This document shows, in pieces, positions 63,515 through 64,000 of a DNA stretch of 64,000 nt (position 1 is the first letter of the stretch; every line of letters begins with the position of its first letter). Origin of the DNA: Bacteroidaceae bacterium (GTDB taxonomy: Bacteria > Bacteroidota > Bacteroidia > Bacteroidales > Bacteroidaceae). The translations under genes and the position numbers were made by a program. The DNA lies in contig JAILQO010000022.1 in the NCBI GenBank assembly GCA_024698925.1, positions 26,192 through 90,191 on the forward strand. The letters run 5' to 3'. The notes beneath the pieces were generated by a model. The model was not told the origin of the DNA, ran no database searches, and saw only the letters and a program-made list of their open reading frames with translations.

Positions 63515-64000
63515 ATGTCCGACTTCATCCTAACATCTCAGTATGAACCCACCGGTGATCAGCCCGAGGCAATTGAGCAGTTGACACAGGGTGTCCTGGA
63601 TGGCCTCCCTGCGCAGACCTTGCTTGGTGTTACTGGCTCTGGAAAAACATTTACAATAGCCAATGTTATCCGCAACATTGGAAAGCCGACGCTTATTCTT
63701 TCTCATAACAAGACTTTGGCGGCGCAGCTTTATGGCGAGATGAAGAGTTTCTTTCCGCACAACGCCGTAGAGTATTATGTGAGCTACTATGACTATTACC
63801 AGCCCGAAGCGTATATTCCAAGCACAGATACATATATTGAAAAGGATTTGGCTATCAACGATGAGATTGATAAGTTGCGACTCGCAGCCACTTCTGCACT
63901 TCTCTCTGGTCGCAAGGATGTGGTAGTCGTCAGTTCCGTATCCTGCATCTATGGAATGGGTAATCCTGCTGCTTTCTACGAGAATGTCATAGAGGTGCGT
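63515..64000 (+). CDS. uvrB: excinuclease ABC subunit B (3' end outside window)
   Basis: Open frame to the window edge; absent from the ORF track. Product begins [23 protein letters not shown]...[10 protein letters not shown]...[14 protein letters not shown]. Confidence 0.95.
   Translation, partial: MSDFILTSQYEPTGDQPEAIEQLTQGVLDGLPAQTLLGVTGSGKTFTIANVIRNIGKPTLILSHNKTLAAQLYGEMKSFFPHNAVEYYVSYYDYYQPEAYIPSTDTYIEKDLAINDEIDKLRLAATSALLSGRKDVVVVSSVSCIYGMGNPAAFYENVIEVR

Noticed and set aside
1-64000. Search by eye for CRISPR arrays, tRNA/rRNA genes, IS elements, integrases, toxin-antitoxin pairs and known defence-system genes.
   Set aside because: None found. No GGTTCGAATCC-type T-arms occur in intergenic regions, there are no regularly spaced 25-40-nt direct repeats, and no transposase, recombinase, nuclease or reverse-transcriptase motifs appear in any ORF. 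A covariance-model or HMM scan would be needed to be definitive.

Overview
This 64-kb window looks like core chromosome of a Bacteroidota organism, probably Prevotellaceae-like. The evidence is TAnnTTTG -7 promoter boxes upstream of most transcription units, T9SS sorting signals, and the bamD-rpoZ-DUF4293 gene order. I count about 52 CDS, all apparently intact. By eye I found no rRNA, tRNA, CRISPR array, transposase or integrase.

Gene content, in order:
- a 5'-truncated T9SS cargo gene followed by a small acidic ORF
- a polytopic membrane protein, an ABC ATPase and a metallophosphoesterase
- a secreted glycosidase-like gene
- a GH57/GT4/debranching-enzyme glycogen operon, divergent from a Crp/Fnr regulator
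- a lipid kinase, miaA, gap, mscL
- RND efflux operon 1, with a SemiSWEET gene at its tail
- an AT-rich spacer carrying an orphan HU-wHTH gene and a structured repeat array
- RND efflux operon 2 with a divergent AraC regulator
- a C69 dipeptidase and a GH43 enzyme
- a long RluA-family pseudouridine synthase, dnaX, an ftsB-like/plsC operon
- a PAP2 phosphatase fused to a beta-rich domain
- a standalone MetH activation domain, pyrC, a GT2 transferase
- mfd, ridA, a zinc-ribbon/Nif3 pair, rpsA, pfkA
- a T9SS type-B cargo gene, uvrA
- the bamD-rpoZ-DUF4293-PBP-OMP operon, and the 5' end of uvrB

I see no recognisable defence or mobile system. The candidates I rank highest for follow-up:
1. a phased 22-nt hairpin/iteron-like array 3' of the HU-wHTH gene (24092-24268)
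2. an unannotated 30-aa micro-lipoprotein ORF between the gap promoter and gap (16862-16954)
3. a Cys-motif, coiled-coil-split N-terminal domain fused to RluA (36039-36940)
4. a histone-H1-like Lys/Ala/Pro tail on the GH57 glycogen enzyme (7898-8071)
5. a short T9SS-like C-terminal motif shared by three secreted enzymes

All functional calls rest on motif recognition by eye. No database search was run.
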